64,000 bases of DNA from Eledone cirrhosa (lineage: Eukaryota): positions 375,534,001 through 375,598,000 of the forward strand of contig OZ024740.1 of the NCBI GenBank assembly GCA_964016885.1. The letters are read 5' to 3'. The notes beneath the pieces are model-generated. The model was given only the letters and a program-made list of their open reading frames with translations. It was not told the DNA's origin and did no database searches. Every line of letters begins with the position of its first letter. Positions within the stretch are counted from its first letter, which is position 1. Positions 1 to 14,626 of the stretch are shown in pieces. The position numbers were made by a program, and so were the translations under genes.

Positions 1-439
1 TAAAAACTCTCCACAAATTCACACCCATACACAAACACACATATATTAAACAAATTCCTGTACTTTTGAATTTTGGGGACTGTCACAAAGACAATAGCAA
101 CTTCCCTTGACTATTGAACAGATGCAAAACAGGTATTAATTATGTTTCTCGTTTCGCCACGAAAGGAACACAAAAGTCGCTGCTTATGCACTTGATAATT
201 CTCAGCATATCAAATTATACATTAAACTTGAGCCACTTTTCTGCATAAAAAGAACCATGACACTCACGATTTTTGGCGCGAAATTACGAAAATAAAAATG
301 CGATGCTCAATAATGTGATCCTTCTCAACTTATCAAATTGTACCTCACACGTATAGCAATCCGAACCTCGTTTTTTGCATAAATCTGAAAGAAATATGCA
401 ACATCATTTCTATGCTCGTAACAAGACGACATAGCCACA

Positions 440-1180
<741 letters not shown>

Positions 1181-2732
1181 TGGAACAGGGTTTATTCCAT
1201 ATTTTCGTTTCCTTTTCCTGAAGTGGACTCGAATGTACCTCTTTGTAAGTTTTTTGACAGATATTTGAATAATTATTCCCCTTTAGTGTCATAATTGTGT
1301 TAATATCTATATTTCCACTATTATCAATGTTTCGTAGTAGCTAAGAATATTTCATATAACTCTAAGTGGCAGGTTGTTTATGCGGCATAGTTCCATAAGC
1401 ATTTATCTTCTCAAAGCGGTCCTCAAGAAATGATTGTAATTGCTGGAATAGATTTAACCATTGTTCGGTTCAGTTAGATGTAACCAGAAGCTAAATAATA
1501 GCGGTAGCAACAACACAGCACGAATGTTGTCCTCTAGTTTATTACATAGGAAACACATTCTTGCTTACATATATTTTAACTTGTATTTGTTTCTATTTAT
1601 TAACTTATGGTTGACTTTCTTCAATAGCAGTCATTCTTATCGTTTTGGAGAATTTTCAGATAGTTAGAAATGTTTGTGTTTATATTGGTTTTATAAATTA
1701 TTGGGAACATTTTCAGTAAACTTTTCTCCGTCAAGCCTTGATTAGCATAGATTAATTTTAAAACCAAAAAATAGTAACTGTGCTACCTTTCCTTGAATTA
1801 GTAAATTATGTATATACGATGTTAAGTTATGACTAAAACATGTTTTAAATTGCATTTGATGTAGGCAGATATAAATCTCATGTTTGTATACGGAATTTTT
1901 TCAATCAGATTGATGATATTTCGAAACTATAAATACTTATATCATCTTTAGATAATTTCAATAGTGAAATCGATAAATGTTGACAGATTTTTTAATACAT
2001 CACGAAAGTCTCACATAACAGGAATGAATCCTTTTGTCAATGATTAAACTAGTATAGAAGATGTTAGAGCTGCAGTGCACAGCCGATAAATTGAGAAGAT
2101 ATTTCCTGAACTCATTTTAAATGTCTCATTCCATATGTCATATCAAAACTTTCAAACGATCGGGTGAACATTTGAATTTATTTTTCAGGTGTAGAGCTAC
2201 ATCTAAAGAGGAAGTTCTTTGTAAATTTAAAAGAGTTCATTCTGTATCGGACCCATGAAATCTGTATCAGAGGTCATTTATTTTTAATATTGCGCGTGTG
2301 TTTTCGAAAAATAGCGACAGTTGTTTAAAATGTATTTAAGTATCTGTGATATAACGTTATTTATTTCTTACTGTTGAATTGTATAGCTAAACAAGGAATA
2401 TGTAAACCGTACAGTATTTCCTATGAAGATATAAATAATATTTCCATATCGTGCCTAGAAAATATAAGAAACTTTCCAAATGAGATATAACTATCACTGA
2501 AAGAAATACATATTAAATAACTTGGATAGATATTTATTCTTTTGCAATAAATCATGATCCTGCCGAGTTTCAAAATGCCCTGCAGCAATGGTTGTTAGCA
2601 TAATTATGATATTATATATGCCATATTGAATATACATCGATAACGTATATATTAGCGCCAACTACCTTACGCATGTTCACTCTATATAATTACATGCATG
2701 TTTTGTATATCATGCTTTCAAACACATATATA

Positions 2733-2868
2733 TGTTCTACCACTATATATATATATAGTGGTAGAACACTGGACGGTAATATCGGTAGTGGTAGAGCACT
2801 CAGTCCATGGGACGAGTTAGGTAGAAGTGGTTACACAGCAGTTAGTTCAGAACTAACTGTTGTGTAAC
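2733..2868. repeat. Two adjacent short palindromes (2733-2768 and 2830-2868) abutting (TA)n at 2873-2986
   Basis: tgttctaccactata...tatagtggtagaaca and gttacacagcagttagttc-a-gaactaactgttgtgtaac. Confidence 0.85.
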
Positions 2869-2870
2869 AA

Positions 2871-2984
<114 letters not shown>

Positions 2985-4702
2985 TACATTCATGTAACGG
3001 CACGCGTTGGTTTGTCTGTCTGTATGCCTGCTTGAATGTGTTTATATATACATATATGTCTTCAATTTGTTCTGCATCAGTTATGGATACTTAAATATGC
3101 ACCTTCGTTATAGCCTTAGCTTTTGATGTCACATAGTGATATGCATTGTAGTTGTTAAACATTTATCTCATTCAATTCGTATTTCTTGCAGATTCTTCGA
3201 TGTATTAAAATGACTGAAAGGATAATACTAAAGAAGCGATCTTATGTAAATACATAATTGTATCTCAAAATGTTAACATATGCTAACCTTTCGCAGAGCA
3301 TGTGTTCATGAAATCAATGCTGATGTATAATTCCCAGTACACGTGCGCTTATAAATCTCTCGTTTATCTTTATTTACCCTACGCATCTTATTTATTGACC
3401 TATGCTAAAATATTTTGTTAAATGAACTTCACCAAATATACACAATCCTCGCATAGAAGAACTAACAAAATTACAATAACTTAATGCAAATATTAAGCGA
3501 TCATATCAAATATTTGTTAAAGATGAATTCGTTATATATTTTTTCTATTAACTCGGCAGCAATGGCATTAGTATTTAAGGCAGTCTCCGAAATTTTCTAT
3601 GTACATTTTTTCAATGATTTCTAAGGAAATATCTATGTAGTTTCTGTGACATATAATACCCTAATATGTCCTACCTATGTATGTAGAATCCTGGGCAGCT
3701 CATGTCTTGTAATAATGTTGATAACCCTTACCAACACACATACATAATTTCTTAATATCAGATTTACCGCACCCTGTCAAAATGCAAGGCACCCTGGATC
3801 GCTGTTATGCATAGGATGGTTCACACTTTAAGAGTCAGATTTGGCCAATCTTTATTATTACAAAAAAAAAAAAGAAGGTTTATCTTCAAAATTTATCCGC
3901 TCCTTTTATTATGCAGAATTCACTTACGTTTTCTGTTGCAAGTACATACGTGTAGATACACAGTGTTATACAGTGAACCACTAACCATTAAGATATAACT
4001 GCTTGTACACATACGCTATATTTGTGTTTCTACCATTTACATCACTATTACAACGACGTGGAACCAATGAGATGTTGGCACACATGGACAAGTGTCACTT
4101 CTTAACTGGTCATTACTGTCGTGTCACATGTCGTAACTATTAGATGATTTTAATAACAGTTATTATATTATACTTATGATACAATATTTAAAACATTCTA
4201 AATAAAAGCAACAAACGAAAATTGTTTAGAACAGGAAAATAATATGAGATTACGTTCACGAATATTCAATCATCAATCATATACGAAAGGAGAGACATCC
4301 ACTACTGAGTATGGGACATTTTGTCAATTTGTTCTTTTTCAGGAGCTGTTGTTCAGAGAAATGGTTTAGATATATTGGGAAATATATGGGAAAGCTACTT
4401 AATGTAAACATTTATTATACAGAATTATCTCTGCAGACATCTATCACTGATGTTTAAATTTCACATCGACCACTCACATCCCAACGGTTTACGAAGGTAT
4501 AAGGTGAATTGGAATTTACTCTTCATGATATAAGTGATAAATATACAAAGGTTATCGAAAGTAGTTGATGGATAAAGAAAGGACAGTATAATACGCTGCA
4601 ATATAACTACAAACGCACGCGTATATGTGTGTGAATGTGTAAACGGACTGACATGTGTATGTATATATAAAGCACAGACACACGTGTATATATATATATA
4701 TA

Positions 4703-4997
4703 ATATATAAAACGAAAAATCAATGATGCTCAATTTATTGTGTGTTACAATTGTTTCGCCGGCAGACACCTTGACACACGATCATTGTGTGGATGTATCG
4801 GATTGTGGATCTGCAGGTTCTACGGACACTGAAGGAATTTGCCCCGAAATCATTAGACGTGTCCGTCGAACCTGCAGATCCAGAATCAGACAGATCCACA
4901 CAATGATCGTGTCTCGAGCTGTGCGCCGGCGACGAAACAATTGTAACACACAATAAATTGAGTTCAGAGGCACCACTGACTTTTCGTTTTATATTAT
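4703..4997. repeat. ~290 bp fold-back (palindromic) element
   Basis: Arms ~4705-4829 and ~4858-4997 are near reverse complements, with a ~28 nt loop. The right arm contains GAAA-caattg-TA, a hammerhead-like half core. Confidence 0.9.
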
Positions 4998-4998
4998 A

Positions 4999-5985
4999 AT
5001 AGCAGTAAAGCCCGGCGTTGCTCGGGGTCGCTCAGTAGCTGTGCTAAAGTTACAATGTTAAGTTTCTTTTTTGGCTTAAAAACTGTAGTGTCTACTGTGC
5101 AGACTTGCATGTGGTGTTTTTTATTAATATTCCCTCAACCAACAATATGCCTTATGAAGTTAAGAAAACATAACGATAACCCGAATGTTATAACAAAAGA
5201 GGATGCTGGGGATAGAAACTGCACTGGTTATTTATTAACAAAGATCGAAAATATAAACACTGCAACGCAGAGAAAAACATTAGCGTAACCAAATTATCAG
5301 TTATGTCTGTCTGCACGCCTATATCACCTCTCTGCACGACTGTCTGTCTGCACGCCTATATCACCTCTCTGCACGACTGTCTGTCTGCACGCCTATATCA
5401 CCTCTCTGCATGACTGTCTGTCTGCACGCCTATATCACCTCTCTGCAGGACTATCTGTCTGCACGCCTATATCACCTCTCTGCACTACTGTCTGTCTGCA
5501 CGCGTATATCACCTCTCTGCACTACTGTCTGTCTGCACGACTATCTGTCTGCACGCCTAACGACGAAATATTTGCTTGTTTTACGTAGTCTTTAAATAGA
5601 CTTGTTTTCAAGTAAAAATATTGTTTTAAAATGCTTTTAAATGGAAATGAAGCAAAACGGAAGCTTAGTGTTCGAACTGATGAATTTTGCAGGTCAATAT
5701 TTTGCTGGCTCGACAACTGTTAAAGCCAGCGTAATTTTTTACGTAAGACGCTCAATGTAAACAGAACAAAGGGAAATAACTGATAACTTACGCTCAAAAA
5801 TCGATACATTATATTCGATTTCGTCACATAGGGTGGGCTAATATGAAAATTTTTTTTTCCGATGTCTTCGCTAGGGCTCAATGTACAAGTATAGCAATTT
5901 CGGTGCAATTCCGTGAGAGATTCTAAGAGGAGATGTGTGCCAAAATCGATAGACAGACAGACAACCACAGTTTTATATATATAGA
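4999..5985 (-). mobile_element. Non-autonomous Helitron-like element
   Basis: Minus strand starts TCTATATATATAAAAC followed by (GTCT)n, has a subterminal hairpin CCCGAGCAACGCCGGG, ends CTGCTAT (CTAG variant), and sits between A and T with no TSD. Confidence 0.75.
5304..5559. repeat. 37-bp minisatellite, ~6.5 copies, inside the non-autonomous Helitron
   Basis: Unit tgtctgtctgcacgcctatatcacctctctgcacgac at 5304, 5341, 5378, 5415, 5452, 5489 and a partial copy at 5526. Confidence 0.95.
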
Positions 5986-6124
5986 TTATACGCTGCTCTG
6001 TAAGAGCATAGAATCCTCAACCGGCATACCGCCTATGGAAGCACCTTAGCTACAATCACACATACACACACATACACACACACACATACACACACATACA
6101 CATACACACACACACATGTATATG

Positions 6125-6250
6125 TACTTGAGAAAGACACTTTATTTCACGTTGCTCCTTCTACCTGGAGTTGCGACCGATAGATAGTATTAGCAATTTG
6201 AAAGACCAACGGAAACATTGTTTCGTCGGTCCGATTTGAACAAAGTCGAT
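6125..6250 (-). mobile_element. SINE fragment (mirror copy at ~8100-8215, +)
   Basis: ggagcaacgtgaaataaagtgtcttgctcaagaaca resembles an abundant octopus SINE body; recalled, not searched. Confidence 0.55.
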
Positions 6251-6448
6251 CGTTCCTTTATATATATATATATATATGTAGAAGTTCTATTTAAATTGTT
6301 GGGATACAACAAGCAAATATTTTTATAACTGATATAAAGCACTCAACAAATTATTGGAGTAAAAATACTATATGTTAGCATATGGAAACTATATTCCAAC
6401 AGAAATTGTCGCATTCTCTAAGGGTATGTCAAACTGATCTATATTATA

Positions 6449-6509
6449 TTTTATCTGATGAAAGCACACCATAATTTAACTTGGTGTCCTTGAAATATGT
6501 ATAATGAAA
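6449..6509 (+). ncRNA. Minimal type I hammerhead ribozyme candidate
   Basis: ttttat-CTGATGA-aagcacacca...tggtgtcctt-GAAA-tatgta-TA-atgaaa: stem I ttttat/atgaaa, long stem II, near-palindromic stem III, AUA cleavage triplet. Confidence 0.7.
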
Positions 6510-6552
6510 TAAATATGGTTTTATAAATATAGTTTCCATTTGTTAATATATC

Positions 6553-6606
<54 letters not shown>

Positions 6607-6879
6607 AATTTTGTACATAGATCTTTTGAATATGCATGCCAATTCTAACACATATATGTCCTAGAAACGATCGTAAAATAATGAACTTTTTTTGTTTAAT
6701 ATAAGGAACTGTTTCTTTGTTTTATTCATTATTTTTTTAATATTTTATCTTGACCCTGTATTCCGTTTATCTTTCATCGAAAGTGATTTTTGAATGCATC
6801 TCTTCTTTCCATGATATCCGGATTACAATGAGTTCTTCATACGGACTGGACACAACCGTTAACTTTTGGTAGATTTATC

Positions 6880-6979
<100 letters not shown>

Positions 6980-7007
6980 AAGGTTTACATATATGTATAT
7001 ATATATA

Positions 7008-7156
7008 TTAGAAAATATATAGCTTTCACCGTATTTTTGACGAAAGGACTTTTACGTCAATACTCATCTTTTTCCATTTATCTGAGGGTTCTAAACCCCG
7101 TTATCAAGCTAAAGTTCCTTTAGTCAAAAATACGGTGAAAGCTATATATTTTCTAA
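7008..7156. repeat. ~150 bp fold-back within the spacer of the large inverted duplication
   Basis: ttagaaaatatatagctttcaccgtatttttgac... / ...gtcaaaaatacggtgaaagctatatattttctaa. Confidence 0.9.
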
Positions 7157-7224
7157 ATGCAAACTCGCTCACTGATTCAAAACATACTTACTTGATATAT
7201 ATTTATATATATATATATATAAAG

Positions 7225-7334
<110 letters not shown>

Positions 7335-7379
7335 ACGATATATTAACAAATGGAAACTATATTTATAAAACCATTTTTA

Positions 7380-7440
7380 TTTCATTATACATATTTCAAG
7401 GACACCAAGTTAAATTATGGTGTGCTTTCATCAGATAAAA
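7380..7440 (-). ncRNA. Hammerhead ribozyme candidate (mirror of 6449-6509)
   Basis: Reverse complement of the 6449 motif. Confidence 0.7.
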
Positions 7441-7608
7441 TATAATATAGATCAGTTTGACATACCCTTAAAGAATGCGACCATGTCTGTTGGAATATAG
7501 TTTCCATTTGCTAATATATCGTATTTTTACTCCAATAATTTGTTGTGTGCTTTATATCAGTTATAAAAATATTTGCTTGTTGTATCCCAACAATTTAAAT
7601 AGAACTTC

Positions 7609-8093
<485 letters not shown>

Positions 8094-8268
8094 CTATGGT
8101 CAAATCGGACCGACGAAACAATGTTTCCGTTGGTCTTTCAAATTGCTAATACTATATATCGGTCGCAACTCCAGGTAGAAGGAGCAACGTGAAATAAAGT
8201 GTCTTGCTCAAGAACATATATATATATATGTGTGTGTGTGTGTGTATGTGTGATTGTAGCTAAGGTGC

Positions 8269-8301
<33 letters not shown>

Positions 8302-8339
8302 TTTGCAACGGGTCACTTTGTGGCTCAATGAAGAGTTAA

Positions 8340-8790
8340 TAAATTAAATAATCAGAGCTATATATCATAAACATGTCTATAGAACGCTGCTACGTCATGA
8401 TTCTTAGCGATTTTTGAATGTATTCTTGGGGCGATCACTTTGGAAAATTAATTGTCTAAATTTGAGCTAACTCCTGAAGAGTCCGGTGCTCCAGATGTCC
8501 AATGTTATCGGATATCTTAAAATGTGGACGAAACCATGGTTGAGGTAACTAAATATGTTCACTTTTCTCCTAGTTTATTTTACACCTAATTCTGTTTAGT
8601 TGACTGTATATCTGGTCGATTTATACACGCTGTCGAAATACTCGATAAATACTCCGTCGCAACCGCCGCGAAGGGCTGCTTTCGGTTATTTGTCGGAGAT
8701 TTCTTCATAGAAACCTTTATTCTTATAGCTTTGTCTAATCGAATTTTTATATGGTTAATGATGCTAATTGGGAGAGGAAACGGTATATAT
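8340..8790 (+). mobile_element. Non-coding interspersed repeat with hammerhead motif (PLE pLTR-like); diverged inverted copy at ~20560-21030
   Basis: Shared blocks in opposite orientation, e.g. gctacgtcatgattcttagc / gctaagaatcgtgacgtagc and cctttattcttatagc / gctataagaataaagg. Confidence 0.7.
8467..8548 (+). ncRNA. Type I hammerhead ribozyme candidate
   Basis: ctc-CTGAAGA-gtcc...ggac-GAAA-ccatgg-TT-gag; palindromic stem III; extended stem II (agatgtcc/ggatatct). Confidence 0.65.
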
Positions 8791-9534
8791 TATATATGGT
8801 GATTCTATGGACATGTTTTATGATATATATATATATATATATAAAACTCTAGACTTCTCTGTCTGACAGTTCAGCTGGAAAGTTATATCTAATATAAGTC
8901 AAATTCCTCTCTCAAATAGAGGTCCACAGAATGTTTTCGCGTATGGTCTTCGAACGGTGACAAAATACCTTGCCCAATGCATGTGGACCGCATCTGATAT
9001 TATTACCTTAAGAGCCTTTGCTACTTATTTTTCTTCTTTATGGTGTTAATATTTTTTGTATCAATCCTTTGTTTTGTCGTGCTGTGGTGATGATTGGTAT
9101 TGCAGAAGAGGTGGTGTCTGTAATAGTGTTGTTCTTATTTTAATGTTAGTATTATTTTATTATTATTGTGATGGGGACATCGGTGTTAAATTGCTTTCCT
9201 GATTTTACTATGCAGAATTGTTGCTGTTGTTATTGCTAGTGCTGCTGCTGCTGCTGCAATTGCCGCTTTTGCCCCTGTCGTTTTCTGGACATTTTGTGGA
9301 CAGCTAGCTGTTCAGTTCAGTGGACGAATTTTTCTCTTCCACCATGCATATATTTTAGAAAAAATTAAAGGCCTTGTTTGTAAAAATAAAGACAAATTTT
9401 CACTTAGGGTGGAACCAGCCACCTCCCTGAGAAGATGATTGGGTTATCTACAAAACAATATGTTTAAGCAAATTTACTTTAAAAAGACATAAACAAGTAA
9501 TGAACTTATATTTATATCACGCCGCGAGAGACTC

Positions 9535-9650
9535 AACAACCCCACCACCACCAACAACAACAACAGTAACAGCATCAACAGCAACAGCAACAGCAACAAT
9601 ACAAGCAACAACAACAATACAACAACAACAACAACAATAATAATAATATT
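9535..9650. repeat. (CAA/CAG)n trinucleotide repeat
   Basis: Direct repeat. Confidence 0.9.
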
Positions 9651-11824
9651 AAACACATCTATTCAATGGTTTATAATATATATTCTATTTATTTTACTAA
9701 CTTATGAATATTTTAACAGATATTCAGATATTGGAAAGTAGTTTTCACATGTCCATTTCATTGATGTTTAAAAGGTTTGTAAGCCATATGATTTTACCTT
9801 CCTGTACTTCAATCATAAGAATTCGATATATCGGTTCACTTGTTTCTAATATGTTGAGTGTACTGATTTTGAAACAGGCCTAGGAATTGCTTTCTTTAGA
9901 TGTGTTTATTGAGTTTATAGTCAAATTACATTAGGCTTGATGTAAATATCGACTTTATAATACTGTGTGTATATACTGTGGGTTTATAATATATGTTTAT
10001 TTATGATTTCAATATAAAAAAGAAATGTTTATACTTCTTCCGAATGTCTATAGAATTATCACATTTACCCTTGGCTAGAGTATGTGTCGACAAATACCAT
10101 TGTAAAATCAATGTGAGACAGAATATCGTATGATAATATTTAACGTCTAGCGATTTCGCTTCTCTTTCAACATTTGTTTACTATGGAACGGACTAAATTA
10201 TTTAGTCATGCCATTTTGCCTTGGCTTCTGCAACAATCAGGCAAATTTGGATGACAGTAGAACTGACAACTATCTAGAACGCAACGAGAGTTCCTGTTAT
10301 CGACGACAAATAAAATCACATATATGTCATGAACCAAGAATGGCATAATGCATATAATTCATATGGGGTTATTTCAATTTACTCACTCTTTACTCCGCTA
10401 TTTTGACCTATTCCTGCTACTATTTTACTTCATGTGTTGTAGCATTTCTACATTATATGCAACTGTAGGAAAAGCAATAACTCTAGAACGCCTTGTCTTT
10501 CCGAACTAATACTTTCACACCAGGGGAAAATAGGAAGTTTGGTCTAATAAGGCAATACCTGTATTTCAAGTTGTTGAAATTGTTATAGCTCCGTCAATGT
10601 TCTTTTTCATTTAATTTGAATTCTCAAATTGAAATTCTATTCTTTATGTTACACTTTGCTATATACGTAAGTTCATTCTATATTTGTTTTAAATATTCCA
10701 CAAAATAAACCACAATAATATTACATGAAAATGAGGTTGGACGAAATCTTAAATCTGACACGACGAGACATCACAGTATGACAACATGCAAACATCAGAC
10801 AATTCATTTACACGCTAAGCTTTTCATTGAAAAGCAAGGGGAAATTTCTTTGCGTGCTAAATCATCTTAAAACTAGATCGATTAATTCACTTGACAAAGT
10901 TGATGCAATGCAAGGCTTTAAACAATCCACATACAGAGTTCTAAAAGAAATTACCTGCTATTTTGAATTGTTATTAATTTTAAACCATCATATGATTGAT
11001 ATACTTTTCTCCTGTGGTATATTGGGAGAGGAATTTCATTTTCTTTGTTCTTAATATATTCACTGATGAGTTAAATAAGTATAATTAACTAGGTTTTGGC
11101 AGATTTGCGAAACCTACAAATTGAGTCGCTATATATTTTTGATACTCTACTTTATCAATACTACCAGCATGCGACTCTAAAGAAAGTTTAATTCTAGCGC
11201 CACATACTAAACGGTTTTATAGTCACCAACCACTAACTTTCTCTAGATAAGGCCAACTAAAATTACATTAATAGTTTATTAAAGCTGATCCAAGTTCATG
11301 TTATTCTGTAGATTAAACTATAAGTTCCAGTGAGGGTTTATGTATGTTGAGTCTCTGATGAAGCTGTACTACACTGAGGAAATTCTAGAGTACAGACTTC
11401 TGGTCCTGCCAGTATATATGTATATACATGTGTGAGTGCGTGTGTGGGGGAGGGGGTTCGAATTAACAGATATTTGTATAGGGAAAGAGAGACAGAAAGA
11501 GCCATATATCGTTTTAAAAACACTTAGTATAAAGCAGACAATATTTAGGAATAATACGCAACTCAGGGTGGAAAAAGTTTCTGAGCCCCCATGGCATCAC
11601 CTCATGATTTGAAAAAACATGACTAAAATTGATCTAAGCAGTCGATCATCGTTCACCAACTATCGAAGCTGGCGAAGCCACGGGGGACCCGAATCAATCA
11701 TCAGGGCAATTCCGTCTTTAAATAAAGTTCGAATAGAGTACAAAATACATGTTTTCATATCTGCCAGGAACTGCAAGTTACGTCAACACCGTAGACTTGT
11801 TTGCATAATTGCAAACGAATCGAA

Positions 11825-11988
11825 TCGGACGCCATGCTTTGACGCACAGAGTTACGGCCCTTACCATTCTGAGTTCAAATCTCGCCGAGGTTAACTTTGC
11901 TTTTCATCCTTACAGGGTCGATAAAATAAAGTACTAGTAATGCACTGGGTAATTACTGGCCTTGTGCCAAAAGTAGAAACAATTATTA
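11825..11988 (+). mobile_element. tRNA-derived SINE, 5' truncated
   Basis: B-box gagttcaaatc followed by the core gccgaggttaactttgcttttcatcct...ggtcgataaaataaagtac shared with four other copies in the window; short ATT tail. Confidence 0.85.
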
Positions 11989-12009
11989 ATATTCGAAAAA
12001 CTCAGATTA

Positions 12010-12450
12010 CATTGCAAACAAGCCTCAATGTTATAGCCATGTCAGTAGAATGAACCCTTCAATCTAGCTTTTGTGTTGGCTTGTGAACAGAACTGCAGAC
12101 ACTAATGTTTCCGGGTATCACCCTTCATCAGTACAGCTAACTGTGACCTGCAAACTGTCAGAGCTAGTGAAAATATATGCTATTTTCAAAAATACACAGT
12201 GACTGATCGGCCTGATTTGCATATTAGCAGACAGGCTGATCAGTCAGATCTGCATATTAGCAGATCCACTGCTCAGCCAGATTTGCATATCAGCAGACTG
12301 GCCATTTAGTTTCCTGTATACGAGCGATAAATAGCCGGCTTTGCCAAATTCAAATAAAAAAGAACATTTCTGTTCACATGCCAACACAAGAGCAAGAATG
12401 AAAGGTTCATTCTACTGACATGTCTATATAATTGAGCCTTCTTTGTATAA
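12010..12450. repeat. Fold-back element with internal hammerhead and a 3x ~35-bp repeat
   Basis: ~12030-12095 is the reverse complement of ~12365-12430; gatttgcatattagcaga-like unit occurs three times at 12210-12300. Confidence 0.75.
12091..12138 (-). ncRNA. Canonical-core type I hammerhead ribozyme
   Basis: Minus strand agctgta-CTGATGA-agggtgatacccg-GAAA-cattagtg-TC-tgcagtt: stem I, stem II gggt/accc, stem III cat/gtg, GUC triplet. Confidence 0.85.
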
Positions 12451-12544
12451 TTGCAAACGAATCGAATGCTATTATTAATATTCGAAAAACTCAGATCACA
12501 TTTATTGTATTCAGCCATGTATAGAGAAATTTTCTTTTATATAT

Positions 12545-12596
<52 letters not shown>

Positions 12597-12707
12597 ATAC
12601 TTTGAGAGGGTCATGTTGCCAATAAGAAACACACGCACCAGTTGCTTTCATTTTAAAAATTTCCGATTCGTTGGTTGGTTCCACAACCAGACGATTGTTC
12701 ATATATT

Positions 12708-12750
12708 GTGAAAGTTATTTCGTCACACATTCTGTGACCTCTTCAGTGAC
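12708..12750 (-). ncRNA. Hammerhead candidate, degenerate mirror copy
   Basis: Minus strand gtca-CTGAAGA-g-gtcac...gtgac-GAAA-taactttcaca. Confidence 0.5.
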
Positions 12751-12821
12751 TGGGGATTCTTTTCTTTGTTTTTGTGCCTCTTCTTTGTTATGTCCTACGC
12801 CATCTTGTTTTTGTGTGTGTG

Positions 12822-12866
12822 TGTCACTGAAGAGGTCACAGAATGTGTGACGAAAGAACTTTGACA
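12822..12866 (+). ncRNA. Minimal hammerhead ribozyme candidate
   Basis: tgtca-CTGAAGA-g-gtcac-agaatgt-gtgac-GAAA-gaac-TT-tgaca: stem I tgtca/tgaca, stem II 5 bp, tiny stem III. Confidence 0.7.
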
Positions 12867-13051
12867 ATCGTCTGGTTGTTGTGGAACCAACCAACCAACA
12901 ACAAATTTATAAATTTAATTTATAATAAATTGAAGTGAAAGCAACTGGTGCGTGTGTTTCTTATTGGCAACATGACCCTCCCAAAGTATAACAATATCGG
13001 TTTCAACACACGTTTTCAGATAAAGATTCTTGCTAAACAAATTCAGAAACG

Positions 13052-13126
<75 letters not shown>

Positions 13127-13737
13127 GGAGAAGAATGCATATCTCTACACGGATATAGATACAAATATACATACATAAAGAGTGCCCAACTTATACAGAC
13201 GTTGGTTCAATGAAAGAATTAATAAAATTAAGTTTCGGAGCCTAATAACATAGGAAAAGCAAACAAGCTAAGAAAAAATCTTTATTTACTCACTTTAATG
13301 ACCCTATTGCAGTTTTATTGGGAAAATTACGAAAAGTAGAGTATCGCGAGAAATCCTAAGTTATCAGGAGACTTTCTCTGTCCAGAAGTAAAATTTAAGA
13401 CAAGAATTCCCAGCCGTTCGTTGTCACTGACTATTTCGTATGAAATGACCGTCATGGGAGAACTTTCCGGCAGGAGGGTAGTAAAAACAAACAGAAGGTG
13501 AGGTTCAACTGTCTATATGTATGGATGTGTTTGAAAATACAAAGCACATTCTTTTTAATAAAATGAACATTGTTATAACATGTTTTGTCTGTGAAGAGAA
13601 TGAATTTGACATTCAGCAATTTATGTATAAATAACACTCGAAAGTAATCGCATGCAACTGATTTCAATTTCTTGAGTTGTAAGTCATCATGTAAAAGATT
13701 CATCTACATAAATAATATATATATATACGTATATATG

Positions 13738-13772
<35 letters not shown>

Positions 13773-14459
13773 GGTGTATATGGGTGTGTGTATATATGTT
13801 TATTTGCGTGCACATGCCTAAAAGCCTGTGTTTGTGCTTCCTTCCTGTTGCATGTATACACAATATCTAGAAATATCTACGTTCAAAAATATATCTAGTA
13901 AAACTCACATATATAGGCACATATGCACATTTTCATTTACGTATTTACATTTTGTATATTTATTGATATATGTATGCATTCATACATACACACACATACG
14001 TTTAAAGTATGTTAATTTAGATTATATACAATGGTTCATTTCATCTACATTCATACTCAAAAGTATAATTTCAGTTAGAATGGTATCAGATTTTCTTATG
14101 AATTGATGTTAATGTTGTTCTGAATACAAATCCAATTTAATCTATATATAAATCTCACCTTCGCAGATACTCCACGTAAATATGTATTAAAACCTATATA
14201 TTTCTACAAGAAAATATTAATTTCATTGATAGAATATTTAGTAGTTATGTTTTTGTGGCTTTATATCGCTATCTATCTTTGTAATATGTTATATATCTAG
14301 TGGCTTTCAAATTGCCATTTTATATTACCCTATCTCTATCCTACTTTACATCTTATTTTCATTTATTGATTCGCGCACATACTCAAACATACTCCCACCT
14401 GTATATACATATGCATATATCTTATACATATGTTTAAAGAGATATATATATATAAATAT

Positions 14460-14512
14460 AGAGAGAGAGAGAGGGAGAGAGAGATAGAGATAGAGAGAGA
14501 GAGAGAGGGAGA

Positions 14513-14560
<48 letters not shown>

Positions 14561-14564
14561 CTGA

Positions 14565-14622
<58 letters not shown>
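14460..14622. repeat. (GA)n followed by (TA)n microsatellites
   Basis: Direct repeats. Confidence 0.95.

Positions 14623-14626
<4 letters not shown>

Larger units (their letters stand above)
12589..12997. repeat. ~400 bp fold-back element between (TA)n tracts, one hammerhead per arm
   Basis: Arms 12589-12750 and 12822-12997 are reverse complements with indels. Confidence 0.92.

Noticed and set aside
271-283. E2F-like site TTTGGCGCGAAA
   Set aside because: Isolated motif with no supporting gene or promoter context.
4723-4956. Similar ORFs on both strands
   Set aside because: Consequence of the palindrome; no coding signature.
5304-5559. 37-bp repeats as a CRISPR array
   Set aside because: No spacers, head-to-tail units, eukaryotic context, no cas genes.
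11350-11399. Hammerhead-like CTGATGA...GAAA-ttctagag-TA
   Set aside because: Stem II does not pair convincingly and stem I is off by one base; at best a decayed copy.
11585-11686. cccccatggc/gccacggggg inverted pair as a MITE
   Set aside because: Only ~10 bp of imperfect match and no TSD.
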